Part shown: positions 1 to 9,352 of the stretch, one piece after another | Position numbering within the stretch: position 1 is the stretch's first letter | How the letters are laid out: the number at the start of each line of letters is the position of its first letter | Origin: a virus | Strand: one strand, 5' to 3' | Virus record (IMG/VR): IMGVR_UViG_3300025120_010288 | Span: 6,857-70,856 of that record | DNA length: 64,000 nt | Made by a program: the position numbers and the translations under genes | The notes under the pieces: generated by a model | Told to the model about the DNA's origin: nothing | The model's input: only the letters and a program-made list of their open reading frames with translations | Database searches by the model: none

Positions 1-24
1 TCCAAAGAAAATCCGCAATAGTAT

Positions 25-348
25 ATGACATACGTTGTTACTGAAGCATGTATTAAATGCCGATACACTGATTGTGTTGAAGTATGCCCGGTGGATTGTT
101 TTAAAGCAGGTCCAAACTTTTTGGTTATTGATCCTATTGAATGTATTGACTGCGGTGTATGTGTACCTGAATGTCCAGTTGATGCAATATATGCAGAATA
201 CGATTTGCCTGAAGAAATGTTGCATTTTACAGAATTAAATGCTGAACTCAGCCAGGAATGGGAAGTGATAGATGCACAAGAAGATCCTGACCCTGATGCG
301 GAAGAATATTCAACTATAACAGAAAAACTTCATTTACTTGAACGTTAA
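25..348 (+). CDS. fdxA: 7Fe (FdxA-type) ferredoxin
   Basis: [26 protein letters not shown] and [16 protein letters not shown] motifs; acidic C-terminal tail. Confidence 0.95.
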   Translation: MTYVVTEACIKCRYTDCVEVCPVDCFKAGPNFLVIDPIECIDCGVCVPECPVDAIYAEYDLPEEMLHFTELNAELSQEWEVIDAQEDPDPDAEEYSTITEKLHLLER

Positions 349-351
349 CAG

Positions 352-380
352 TTGACAATTTTCTAGACTTGTGTTATAAT
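352..380 (+). promoter_or_regulatory. sigma70-type (early) promoter
   Basis: TTGACA-17 bp-TATAAT, perfect consensus. Confidence 0.85.
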
Positions 381-408
381 AGTGTTACATTAACATAAAC
401 TAAAGAGG

Positions 409-618
409 TTGAAAGTGCATAAATTATCAAATATGACAGTAAGTGATGACGAAGCACGAGCATTTGGCATCTCTGACAGAGAACTTATTAAGACATTGTA
501 TAAGAAAGTAGTTATGCTCGAAGAAAGACTTAACGAGTCTGAGCATAACTCTAGACTATGCAGAGAATGGATTGCCAAAAACGAAGGTATTTTATTCCGT
601 CTCAATCGTGGAGATTAA
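409..618 (+). CDS. hypothetical protein
   Basis: ORF after promoter; start codon uncertain. Confidence 0.55.
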   Translation: MKVHKLSNMTVSDDEARAFGISDRELIKTLYKKVVMLEERLNESEHNSRLCREWIAKNEGILFRLNRGD

Positions 619-620
619 TT

Positions 621-1055
621 ATGACTATGCATTTAGTTGGTCCTTACATGACCACAACCAATTATCGCAAGCGTAAAGCAACCAAACGTACTAAAAAACA
701 ACAAGCAGAATTTGAACAGCGTCATCGCGAGTACAATAAAAGTATGAAGCGTATAGGCTGTCATTCACAACAAATGACACTAGAAGATTTTGACTTGTAT
801 GTACGAGGAAAATACAAGCCAAAAGCTACTAAATCTAAACCGTATGTACCTGCTGACACACAAGGTTGGCGCAGAGAAACTCCTCACATTCCAAGCCTTG
901 GCGATGGAGTTGGAACAGGTGCGGCTAAAGAAAGTAATGTGTACAGCGGTGAAAGACAACTGCTGGGCATAGCAACAATGCACAAGAGCAATATGGTTCC
1001 TGTGTTTGCTGACCAAAAAGAGCAAGCGAAAGAAATCGCAAGCATGAGACGATAA
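621..1055 (+). CDS. conserved phage hypothetical basic protein
   Basis: GGAG SD before ATG 621; C-terminal GIATMHKSNMVPVF motif seen in T4-like phage proteins. Confidence 0.75.
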   Translation: MTMHLVGPYMTTTNYRKRKATKRTKKQQAEFEQRHREYNKSMKRIGCHSQQMTLEDFDLYVRGKYKPKATKSKPYVPADTQGWRRETPHIPSLGDGVGTGAAKESNVYSGERQLLGIATMHKSNMVPVFADQKEQAKEIASMRR

Positions 1056-1074
1056 ATATAGTACAAGGAAAACA

Positions 1075-1404
1075 ATGATGAAAATTGAAAATCAACAATC
1101 TTTTGACAGCTTAGACAACGCTGAAATGGAAACAATGCAACAGTTTTTGCGTGAAGCATTGCGTAAAAACACTGTAGAAGTTACATTTGATAAAGCTGAT
1201 GGCACCAAACGAGTAATGAAATGCACACTCAATGAAGCTGTACTTCCTGTTGTTGAGGTTGATCCAGATAAACCTGCTAAAACAAAAAAGAATAACCCTG
1301 ACGTTATGTCAGTGTTTGATATAGAAGCTAAGGGGTGGAGAAGTTTTCGATGGGATCGCTTAAAAAGTGTAAACTACAATCTCAATTTAGGCGTAAATGA
1401 GTAA
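1075..1404 (+). CDS. SH3/WYL_2-like phage protein
   Basis: VTFDKADGTKRVMKCTL...VFDIEAKGWRSFRWD pattern; TAAATA at 1053. Confidence 0.75.
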   Translation: MMKIENQQSFDSLDNAEMETMQQFLREALRKNTVEVTFDKADGTKRVMKCTLNEAVLPVVEVDPDKPAKTKKNNPDVMSVFDIEAKGWRSFRWDRLKSVNYNLNLGVNE

Positions 1405-1618
1405 AGCAGACGATTATATTAAAATGCAAGGCACTGTGGTAGAAGTTCTGCCCAGTGCCAAATTCAAAATAAAACTTGAATCCAATAACGTTGAAATACT
1501 AGGCCATGTTAGTGGACGTATGAGAAAGAATAATATACGTGTACTACTAGGAGATACGGTTACTATTGAAATAAGTGCATACGATTTAAGTAAAGGTCGT
1601 ATCGTCCAACGACACTAA
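1397..1618 (+). CDS. infA: translation initiation factor IF-1
   Basis: GTVVEVLP..F.I.L, GHVSGRMRKNNIRVLLGDTV, YDLSKGRI. Confidence 0.95.
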   Translation: MSKADDYIKMQGTVVEVLPSAKFKIKLESNNVEILGHVSGRMRKNNIRVLLGDTVTIEISAYDLSKGRIVQRH

Positions 1619-1621
1619 ATA
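1616..1621 (+). promoter_or_regulatory. late promoter core (TAAATA)
   Basis: T4 late-promoter-like box upstream of the SOD gene. Confidence 0.55.
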
Positions 1622-1645
1622 CTTAATAACAGTAGGAGAGGTTAG

Positions 1646-2206
1646 TTGGCATACATGAGACAAGTTATAGATTTAATTGAAGCAAGCACTCGGCCTGCTA
1701 AATTAGAAACAACCCCACTTCCATATGCAACAAACGCCCTTGCTCCAAGCATGAGCCAAGCTACAATTGATTATCATTACGAAAATCTAACCAAAGCATA
1801 TGCTAAAAACTACAACACAGGCAAAGGCAACAAAGATTTTAATCGTGCGGGAAGCTATTTGCACAACAAATTTTGGCCACAATTTAAAGCGCCGGCCGGT
1901 GCTAATGCTGCCAATCGACCCAAAGGTGCAGTGCTTGAATTAATTCAAGCAAACTTTGAAGATTACGAAGATTTTAAACAAGCGTTTAAAGAAGCTGCAA
2001 CAAGTATAATGGGAAGTGGTTGGGCTTATCTTAGCACAAATGGTACTATTAAAACTATTAAAAACCACGCCGTGCGTACTGATATTGCCATGTTAGTTGA
2101 TATGTGGGAACACAGTTGGGCACTGGATTACCAGCAAGATAAAGGAAAATATGTAGATAATATTTTCAAAATAATTGACTGGAACGTAATTAACGAAAGA
2201 CTCTAA
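1646..2206 (+). CDS. Fe/Mn superoxide dismutase family protein
   Basis: LPY..NAL.P, YHY, LHN.FW, GSGW, DMWEH: the four metal ligands are present. Confidence 0.9.
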   Translation: MAYMRQVIDLIEASTRPAKLETTPLPYATNALAPSMSQATIDYHYENLTKAYAKNYNTGKGNKDFNRAGSYLHNKFWPQFKAPAGANAANRPKGAVLELIQANFEDYEDFKQAFKEAATSIMGSGWAYLSTNGTIKTIKNHAVRTDIAMLVDMWEHSWALDYQQDKGKYVDNIFKIIDWNVINERL

Positions 2207-2208
2207 TA

Positions 2209-2523
2209 TTGCTTATTGAAGAAAGTGCAGTTAAAAAACTCAGCGAACTAAAAGAACCTGGATTTCCATACTTCAGAATATACGTCGACGGTGGTGGATG
2301 TAGTGGATTTCAATATGGGTTTCAGTTTGTTGAGCAAACATATGATGACGATAAATTATTTGAATTTGATAATATTACTATTATTGTTGATACTATGAGT
2401 TATGCATTTTTAGGGGAAAGCACAGTAGCTTGGGAAGAAGATATTATGGGTGCCCAGTTAAAAATAAACAACCCAGGAGTAGCAAGTACGTGCGGATGCG
2501 GTGCAAGTTTTTGTCCAAAATAA
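2209..2523 (+). CDS. HesB/IscA/ErpA Fe-S carrier protein
   Basis: GGGCSGFQYG and CGCGASF. Confidence 0.92.
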   Translation: MLIEESAVKKLSELKEPGFPYFRIYVDGGGCSGFQYGFQFVEQTYDDDKLFEFDNITIIVDTMSYAFLGESTVAWEEDIMGAQLKINNPGVASTCGCGASFCPK

Positions 2524-2526
2524 ATC

Positions 2527-3006
2527 ATGCACATCAAATTTTTCATTTTATCAACTATATGTGTGCTAACAAGTTGCTCACCAAAAATTAATTCTAATCT
2601 TGTGGTTGCCGAACAGTATTTTGGTTACAACGAATACACACATAGACAAGAATTAAAAACATTCACAGGAATAGACCCAGTTAAAACTGAATGGTGTGCA
2701 GCGTTTGTAAATGCAGTGCTAGCAGAACAAGGTATTCTGGGTAGCAAAAGTGTAAGTGATAATCCTTTAATGGCACGTAGTTTTTTAAACTGGGGAGAAA
2801 AAGTTAGCAAAACAGATATACAACCAGGAGATCTTGTTGTGTTTCCTAGAGGACCAATGCCATGGAATGGGCATGTGGGTTTTTATGTAAGTACTACCAA
2901 AAGCAATAGCTGGGTAATACTTGGCGGAAACCAATCAAAACAAGTAAAGTACGACTTATACATACCTTCAACTGCGATTGCAATACGCAGACAACCTGTA
3001 CAGTAA
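2527..3006 (+). CDS. NlpC/P60 (CHAP-like) peptidoglycan hydrolase with lipoprotein-like signal
   Basis: WCAAFV catalytic Cys, PGDLVVF, GHVGF, LGGNQ; N-terminal VLTSC lipobox-like. Confidence 0.85.
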   Translation: MHIKFFILSTICVLTSCSPKINSNLVVAEQYFGYNEYTHRQELKTFTGIDPVKTEWCAAFVNAVLAEQGILGSKSVSDNPLMARSFLNWGEKVSKTDIQPGDLVVFPRGPMPWNGHVGFYVSTTKSNSWVILGGNQSKQVKYDLYIPSTAIAIRRQPVQ

Positions 3007-3020
3007 TATGCATAATGCGG

Positions 3021-3026
3021 TAAATA
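3021..3026 (+). promoter_or_regulatory. late promoter core (TAAATA)
   Basis: Intergenic, directly upstream of structural genes; second copy at 3676. Confidence 0.6.
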
Positions 3027-3056
3027 TAAGAATAAGAACAGTGCTGGGAGTATTTA

Positions 3057-3671
3057 ATGACGCAACAGGTAATTAACACAGGCGCAGTAGCCAATGATGG
3101 CACTGGTGATCCTTTACGCAGTGCCTTTATAAAGGCAGATGATAATTTTGATGCAATCTGGGCATATGGTCCAGTTGATACCAATATCAAAATTAGCGGA
3201 ACTACAATAACAGCAACCAGCACAAATGGTAATATAACACTTGCTCCCAACGGAATAGGAAGTGTAATAACAACCAATGTGTTACCTTCAACAAGTAATG
3301 TATACACATTAGGAAGTAGTACAGCTTACTACAACAGTGCTCATATTACTACTGTAAACACTCCTACACTTGCAGCTACAGCTATTACTGCCACAACAAT
3401 AACTGGTGGGACTATAGCAGGATCTCATACTGGTACTTTTGACGGTGATCTAACTGGAAGTGTATTTGCTGATGACAGTTCATTGTTAGTTGATGGCATC
3501 AACAGTACAGCAACACTTACAGCGTTAACAACAGGTAATGTTACCACAACACCACAAACAGTAACTAGTACTAGTCCAGGAACAGCAGGACAAATTGCTG
3601 TAGATGCTGACTATGTTTATGTTTGTACAGCGACAAACACTTGGAAACGTGCGGCATTGTCAACTTTCTAG
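3057..3671 (+). CDS. baseplate/tail fiber structural protein
   Basis: INTG..ANDGTGDPLRSAF.K...NF (T4 gp9/gp10-like N-terminus); Thr/Gly-rich; C-terminal GQIAVD.DYVYVC..NTWKR. Confidence 0.8.
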   Translation: MTQQVINTGAVANDGTGDPLRSAFIKADDNFDAIWAYGPVDTNIKISGTTITATSTNGNITLAPNGIGSVITTNVLPSTSNVYTLGSSTAYYNSAHITTVNTPTLAATAITATTITGGTIAGSHTGTFDGDLTGSVFADDSSLLVDGINSTATLTALTTGNVTTTPQTVTSTSPGTAGQIAVDADYVYVCTATNTWKRAALSTF

Positions 3672-3698
3672 TACATAAATATTTAGGCGGAGATTAAA

Positions 3699-3977
3699 AT
3701 GACTCAACAAACAATTAACATAGGTGCTGAACCAAATGACGGGCAAGGAGACAGTATTCGTGTTTCTTATACCAAAACAAATGAAAATTTTAACGAGTTA
3801 TACAGTCGTTTACAACCTGCACCTACTATAAATACAGGTAGCACTGGTGATGTTGCTGGGATGATAGCAGTACAAACTGATCCAACAAAAGCAGATTTTA
3901 GTAAATTTTATTATTGTTTTCAAGACTACGATGGTAGTAGTGAAATATGGAAAGTATTATCAGGAAGCACATTCTAA
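3699..3977 (+). CDS. small baseplate/tail structural protein, paralog of 3057 ORF
   Basis: INIG..PNDGQGDSIR.SY.K.NENF. Confidence 0.75.
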   Translation: MTQQTINIGAEPNDGQGDSIRVSYTKTNENFNELYSRLQPAPTINTGSTGDVAGMIAVQTDPTKADFSKFYYCFQDYDGSSEIWKVLSGSTF

Positions 3978-6900
3978 ATGGCACAACCACAGTGGGTAAC
4001 ATTAGCAGGCAGTTTAGGCACTATTGCCGAAGGGGAATTTTACCAAATACCTCTTGAAACAACTGTGTCTGATGCATCAACTGTATATTATTCTCTAATT
4101 GCAGGACGGTTCCCACAAGGTATTCAAGTTACGGACACTGGCATAATTGAAGGCACTCCTAAAAGTGTAGAATATATTCAAGGTGTTCCTACTGAAGTAA
4201 GCCGAGATATAACCAGCACATTTACAATACGTGCGTTTACTAAAAAACCAGATGGTGTTACGACCAATCGAATTAATGATAGAACATTTAACTTAACTGT
4301 AAGTGGCCAGGATGTTCCACAGTTTGTAACACCTGCAGGATTATTAACTACAAGTTTTGATGCTAAACAGATAAGTTTTCAAATTGAAACATCTGACACT
4401 GATACAACAGACACAGTAGTTGTTACCCTACTAAGTGGTACTTTGCCTCCTGGCTTAACATTAAGTTCAAGTGGATTAATTAGTGGTATTATTACACCAG
4501 GTGAAACAACTCTATATACGTTTGTATTAAAAATAAGTGATGGCAAAGATCAAGACATTAGAAGTTTCAGTATTCAAGTAATTAATCAAGAAGACATGAG
4601 TGCTGATACAATTGAATTTACAGCAGACAGTACTGTGATTACAGCAGATGCAAGCCCAACTCGCACACCAATACTACTAACACCGCCGGGTGATTTAGGA
4701 AAGGTAAGAGCAGATAATTATTTTGCTTTTCAGTTTACCAGTATTGACTTTGATGGAGACACAGTTGAGTATAGCATTAGTACTGGGAATGGTATTGGAT
4801 ATGACGCCACTGGCAGTTTATACGACGAAGATGGAATTGGATTTGACAAAGGCGACTTTAGTTTGCCGCCTGGCTTACTAATTGATGATGAAACTGGTTG
4901 GTTTTATGGATACATACCCGACCAAGGTGCAACTGAAACCACTTATAGATTTTCAGTACAAGTTTACAAAGCAAACAACATTACATTTATCAGCCCACCT
5001 GCATTTTTTACTATTACAATTGTTGGGAATATTGACACTGAAGTTAAATGGTTAACTCCTGCTAATTTAGGAACAATTGATAATGGAGCAATCAGTGAAA
5101 AATATGTGCAAGCAATTAACACTGGCGGAAAAGCGTTACAATACAAAATTCCAAGCGGCAGTGATAGTAAATTACCGCAAGGATTAGAATTACAAGAAAC
5201 AGGAATTATTACAGGACGAGTTAGCTTTAACACATTTGCTTTAGACAGCGGCACAACTACATTTGATGTAACTCGAGACACACGGTTAGATGTTCCAGTA
5301 ACAACATTTGATTTAAAGTTTACATTTACAGTAAATGCATACAGTCCACAAACTCAAGAACTTGGATTAAAAATACAAGTAATTACAATGTCAAACGGCG
5401 GCAGTGGTTACACAACCCAACCAATTATTACAATATCTTCTCCACCAGATAGCGAAGTTGCAACGCCAGCAACTGCTGGATTGGCTACAATAGTTGATGG
5501 AGTGATTACATCAATTGCAGTTGGTAACCCAGGCAGAGGATATACAACTCCCCCTCAAATTACTATAACTGGAGGTGGCGGAACTGGAGCTGAAGCAACA
5601 GCAAAAATGAGCGAGATTGACCAAGTCAACAGTGTTAGTGTTAACAGAATTTTTACAATAACTGTAACAAGAGAATATCAAAGTCCGTATAATGCATTGT
5701 ATATAAAAGCAATGCCAAATGACACTGATAGAGAGAAGATAACAGATATTCTACAAAATCAAGATTTAATTCCATATAATTCATTGTATCGACCTGATGA
5801 TCCAAATTTTGGAATATCAAGCAATTTATCTTATGCACATGCATATGGACTAACTCCAACTACCTATAAAAAATATGTTGAAAGTTTAAATCTAAATCAC
5901 TATCGAAAAAATCTTACGCTTGGAGAGATTAAAACTGCTAGAGCATTGGATGCAAATGGCAATCCTAAGTATGAAGTAGTATATGCTAATATAGTTGACA
6001 ACTTGGTCAACAACAAAGGTGTCAGTGTAAGCAAAAGTGTTAAACTACCGTATAGTGTTACAGTTGATGGGTCACTTACATCTGCAAAAAATAGCTGGGA
6101 TGCATTTGATCCCAATCCAGAAGTAAAACCATTGCCATTGTCTAAACAGACTACCGCTTGGTTTGACGCTGCTAAAGATTTAAATATGCTTACAAACATT
6201 GGCAGCCAAATGGCAAGGCAATGGGCAGATGATTTACAACCAGGTGATCCTGCTGCCCCAGGTGGTAGTAAAGCTGGTGAGCCTTTTAACTGGAAACCCG
6301 AAAACAGTTGTGATATATATAAAGGTGAACCAGAAAGATATGCAAGATTTAAGGATCAAATAGCTGCACTAGGTGGTGAAAATGGAAATATTATCTGGAG
6401 TTGTTATAACTTAGATGGTGTAGTAAATTGTGCTCCGTTTGCATTTTTAGTTGAAGAGGGCGAATATGCATACTTGGTGTGCCGCGGAACATTAAACCTA
6501 AATGATAGTAGACTAGACGCATTGGCATTACCAAGTGCTAATCCAATTGGAGGATTTGGTAAAGGTCTTGTTCATAGTGGATTTAATAGAGCAAGCCTTG
6601 GATTGGGAATGGATCCTTTTACTGATCGAATTTTTCCAAATATTAGAGACGTTGCACAAGGAATATCTATTACCCAGGCGTTAAACAATACTACTAAAAA
6701 GAAATTACGATTAGGTGGACACAGTTTAGGTGGTGTTATGACAGTGTGGACTACTATGTTTGCACAGTACTTAGATAAATTTGATGTTATTGAATCATAC
6801 CCAAGTGCTGGACCACTACCGGGTAATCCTAATTTTGGACTATGGTTTAACGCACTTGAAGACAAGTCAGGTAATAAGTTAGGTGATAGTTTTCAAAGAC

Positions 6901-8195
6901 TTACCAACAAGTACGACGGCATTCCAACTGTACCTGGGCCTAAATTTGGATACGCAAATGTTGGTGTTCATGTACAATACGAAGCTGAATATTTAAATGA
7001 TGAGGGGAAACCTGATGTTGGCGAAAATCATCAAATTTGTTGTGCGTATGCATATGCACTACAACATCCGTTTGATCCTTACAACAATAAAAATAACGGT
7101 GTAGATTGTGTGTTTCCTAAACCAATTCCTAAACCAATTCCACCACTGATATTGACAAGTGCTGACAATCTATACAATCCAAACGATCATTATGATAATT
7201 TAGTTGCAGAATTAACTGGTGGAGACTTTCCAGAACCACGTACTTCTCAAATAGTATCAACTGTATACCCAAACAGTTTGTTTAACATGAGAGAACAAGT
7301 TATTACTCAAGTTGGGCAAGTTAGTAAACAATTACCTGATTGGATGACAAGTACACAGGAAGATGGAAGTGTATTAGGATTTACCCCGGCTTGGATACTT
7401 GCATATGTTGAACCTGGTAAAGCTGACGAAATAAAATACTTTTTAAATCAAGACACCACACTAAATTTAAATCAAATAGACTTTGAAGTAGATCGATATA
7501 ACTTAGATTTAGGACAAAGTTTTAATTGGAACACTAGTAAACAAGAATGGATCCCATCTCCACCATTAGTTACAACTTTTGATGAACTTGATAGACCAAG
7601 CCAGTTACTGGATCGTGGTGAAGTAACATATGCAACAGTATTGCCTTATGTTGATGTGCAGTATAAAACACTTGATTATATTGCAGCCCGTGGTGGATTA
7701 GATGGGGCAACCACCAAAGCAGAAATTAATGGAAGTATTATAATATTCCAAAGACAAGAAGGTTTTAGTGACCTAACGCCAGACCAAGGATTTACTAAAT
7801 TTGAAGTACTATACGATGGTGGTAGCCCAACTGGCTATGACAATGGATCTTTTGATCAAAGTACAATTCTTACTGACACACAACGATTAGATACCTATAG
7901 AGTATCAGTTGCAGATGATAATATTGTAACATTAACACAAGTAAAAAACATTACCACGTATGATTATGTACTAGTAACAAGTGGTACACGATTTAATAAT
8001 ACACAATTGTACATTCCACCAGTACCAAGTGAGGGCTTGACAAGGATTAATTGGTCTTTAATACCAGAAGAACCAACTACAGCTACCATTTTTGATGGCA
8101 ATAGCACCGTGTTCTCTAGCCCTGCAGATACGTGGACCGGTACAGATATACATGATAAATATCTTGTATTCCCGAAAACGAACATATTAGGATAA
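3978..8195 (+). CDS. large baseplate wedge-type virion protein with Ig-like repeats and an inserted lipase_3 domain
   Basis: Repeated LPPGL..G.ISG He_PIG/Ig-like units; GGSGYT..P.ITI repeats; internal RGT, VHSGF, GHSLG motifs. Confidence 0.8.
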   Translation: MAQPQWVTLAGSLGTIAEGEFYQIPLETTVSDASTVYYSLIAGRFPQGIQVTDTGIIEGTPKSVEYIQGVPTEVSRDITSTFTIRAFTKKPDGVTTNRINDRTFNLTVSGQDVPQFVTPAGLLTTSFDAKQISFQIETSDTDTTDTVVVTLLSGTLPPGLTLSSSGLISGIITPGETTLYTFVLKISDGKDQDIRSFSIQVINQEDMSADTIEFTADSTVITADASPTRTPILLTPPGDLGKVRADNYFAFQFTSIDFDGDTVEYSISTGNGIGYDATGSLYDEDGIGFDKGDFSLPPGLLIDDETGWFYGYIPDQGATETTYRFSVQVYKANNITFISPPAFFTITIVGNIDTEVKWLTPANLGTIDNGAISEKYVQAINTGGKALQYKIPSGSDSKLPQGLELQETGIITGRVSFNTFALDSGTTTFDVTRDTRLDVPVTTFDLKFTFTVNAYSPQTQELGLKIQVITMSNGGSGYTTQPIITISSPPDSEVATPATAGLATIVDGVITSIAVGNPGRGYTTPPQITITGGGGTGAEATAKMSEIDQVNSVSVNRIFTITVTREYQSPYNALYIKAMPNDTDREKITDILQNQDLIPYNSLYRPDDPNFGISSNLSYAHAYGLTPTTYKKYVESLNLNHYRKNLTLGEIKTARALDANGNPKYEVVYANIVDNLVNNKGVSVSKSVKLPYSVTVDGSLTSAKNSWDAFDPNPEVKPLPLSKQTTAWFDAAKDLNMLTNIGSQMARQWADDLQPGDPAAPGGSKAGEPFNWKPENSCDIYKGEPERYARFKDQIAALGGENGNIIWSCYNLDGVVNCAPFAFLVEEGEYAYLVCRGTLNLNDSRLDALALPSANPIGGFGKGLVHSGFNRASLGLGMDPFTDRIFPNIRDVAQGISITQALNNTTKKKLRLGGHSLGGVMTVWTTMFAQYLDKFDVIESYPSAGPLPGNPNFGLWFNALEDKSGNKLGDSFQRLTNKYDGIPTVPGPKFGYANVGVHVQYEAEYLNDEGKPDVGENHQICCAYAYALQHPFDPYNNKNNGVDCVFPKPIPKPIPPLILTSADNLYNPNDHYDNLVAELTGGDFPEPRTSQIVSTVYPNSLFNMREQVITQVGQVSKQLPDWMTSTQEDGSVLGFTPAWILAYVEPGKADEIKYFLNQDTTLNLNQIDFEVDRYNLDLGQSFNWNTSKQEWIPSPPLVTTFDELDRPSQLLDRGEVTYATVLPYVDVQYKTLDYIAARGGLDGATTKAEINGSIIIFQRQEGFSDLTPDQGFTKFEVLYDGGSPTGYDNGSFDQSTILTDTQRLDTYRVSVADDNIVTLTQVKNITTYDYVLVTSGTRFNNTQLYIPPVPSEGLTRINWSLIPEEPTTATIFDGNSTVFSSPADTWTGTDIHDKYLVFPKTNILG
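7116..7141 (+). repeat. 12-bp tandem repeat encoding a PKPIPKPIP linker
   Basis: CCTAAACCAATT x2 at the end of the lipase insert. Confidence 0.8.
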
Positions 8196-8199
8196 AAAA

Positions 8200-9078
8200 A
8201 TGACCAGTAATATTAACCCAAATAACATCAACGGCGCTTACCCTGTAGCAGGGCAAGACAATGATTCGCAAGGTTTCCGTGATAACTTTACGAATATAAA
8301 AACTAACTTTACATATGCGAGTGATGAAATTGATGATTTGCAAAGCAAGGCAGTGCTTAAAGCAGCACTGACGGGAACAACGCTAAACAATAACATGAAT
8401 CTTAACTCTATTAGTAATGGCAGTTTATTTGCAATGAGTGAGCCTCGTGTAGCGTTAGGGACTACTACAACCGGTACATTAAACTTTGCACAAAGTTCTT
8501 ATTATACTATAACAACTGGCGGAAGTGTAACGATATCATTTAGTAACTTTCCAGCTACTGGATCAACAGCTCGAATACGACTACAAATAACAGTCACCAA
8601 CACAACTTACACATTAACATTGCCAGCCGCAGTTACAGTAGGAGTTGATAATCTGCAAGGTTATTCTTCTAATGTTATTACCTTTAATAAAACTGGCACA
8701 TATGAATATGAATTTGAAACAAATGATGCTGGTACAACTGTTAGTATATTTGATTTAAATCGCAATGCAGACCCAATATATCTCCCTAGTGCTGAAGATT
8801 TAGCAGACACAGGAGCAGCAAGCCTTACAGTAACAACCAGTTACTTTACAACAGCTGCAGCAGAAACAGCCACATTAGCTGCAGGCAGTGAAGGCCAAAT
8901 AAAAACATTTGCCATGTACGGTGATACTGGAGATATGGTTATTACTGTAACCAATGCTGGATGGAAAGCTACGGGCACAGGTACAATAACATTTGCTAAT
9001 ATTGGTGAAGCATGCACACTGATGTATATCAATAGCAAATGGTTTGCTACAGGAAACAACGGCGCAGTTTTTGCTTGA
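8200..9078 (+). CDS. virion structural (tail/baseplate) protein
   Basis: YPVAGQDNDSQGFRDNF N-terminal motif; Thr/Ala-rich beta composition; follows the wedge gene. Confidence 0.7.
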   Translation: MTSNINPNNINGAYPVAGQDNDSQGFRDNFTNIKTNFTYASDEIDDLQSKAVLKAALTGTTLNNNMNLNSISNGSLFAMSEPRVALGTTTTGTLNFAQSSYYTITTGGSVTISFSNFPATGSTARIRLQITVTNTTYTLTLPAAVTVGVDNLQGYSSNVITFNKTGTYEYEFETNDAGTTVSIFDLNRNADPIYLPSAEDLADTGAASLTVTTSYFTTAAAETATLAAGSEGQIKTFAMYGDTGDMVITVTNAGWKATGTGTITFANIGEACTLMYINSKWFATGNNGAVFA

Positions 9079-9103
9079 CAAGGACAGCTTTTTGCTGTAA
9101 TAT
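9075..9103 (+). promoter_or_regulatory. sigma70-type promoter
   Basis: TTGACA-17-TAATAT, 6 nt before ATG 9110. Confidence 0.7.
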
Positions 9104-9109
9104 ATTACT

Positions 9110-9352
9110 ATGGAACATCCTTTAGTATTCATAGATTCTAATCTGACAATTGCAGAAGTGCAAGAAAAAACCAACGAATTGCAAAAAAAGTTAAACAGTG
9201 CTTATCGTTTGGGCAATGCTCACCTGGCACACCAAATTCAAATGGCCCTTGAAACATACAAACGTAAATTATCTGAGATGTATGAACAACTTGCTAGGGA
9301 AGAAGCAGGCGAAGATGGACGTGATCTTGGCAGCTATATTGATATATCATGA
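9110..9352 (+). CDS. hypothetical coiled-coil protein
   Basis: ORF with ATGA overlap to the next gene. Confidence 0.7.
   Translation: MEHPLVFIDSNLTIAEVQEKTNELQKKLNSAYRLGNAHLAHQIQMALETYKRKLSEMYEQLAREEAGEDGRDLGSYIDIS

Noticed and set aside
5380-5610. GGSGYT..P.ITI peptide repeats in the wedge protein
   Set aside because: A common repeat in T4-like baseplate and tail proteins; not novel.
6075-7230. Baseplate insert as an intein or Hint domain
   Set aside because: It has no intein terminal residues, and its motifs match lipase_3.
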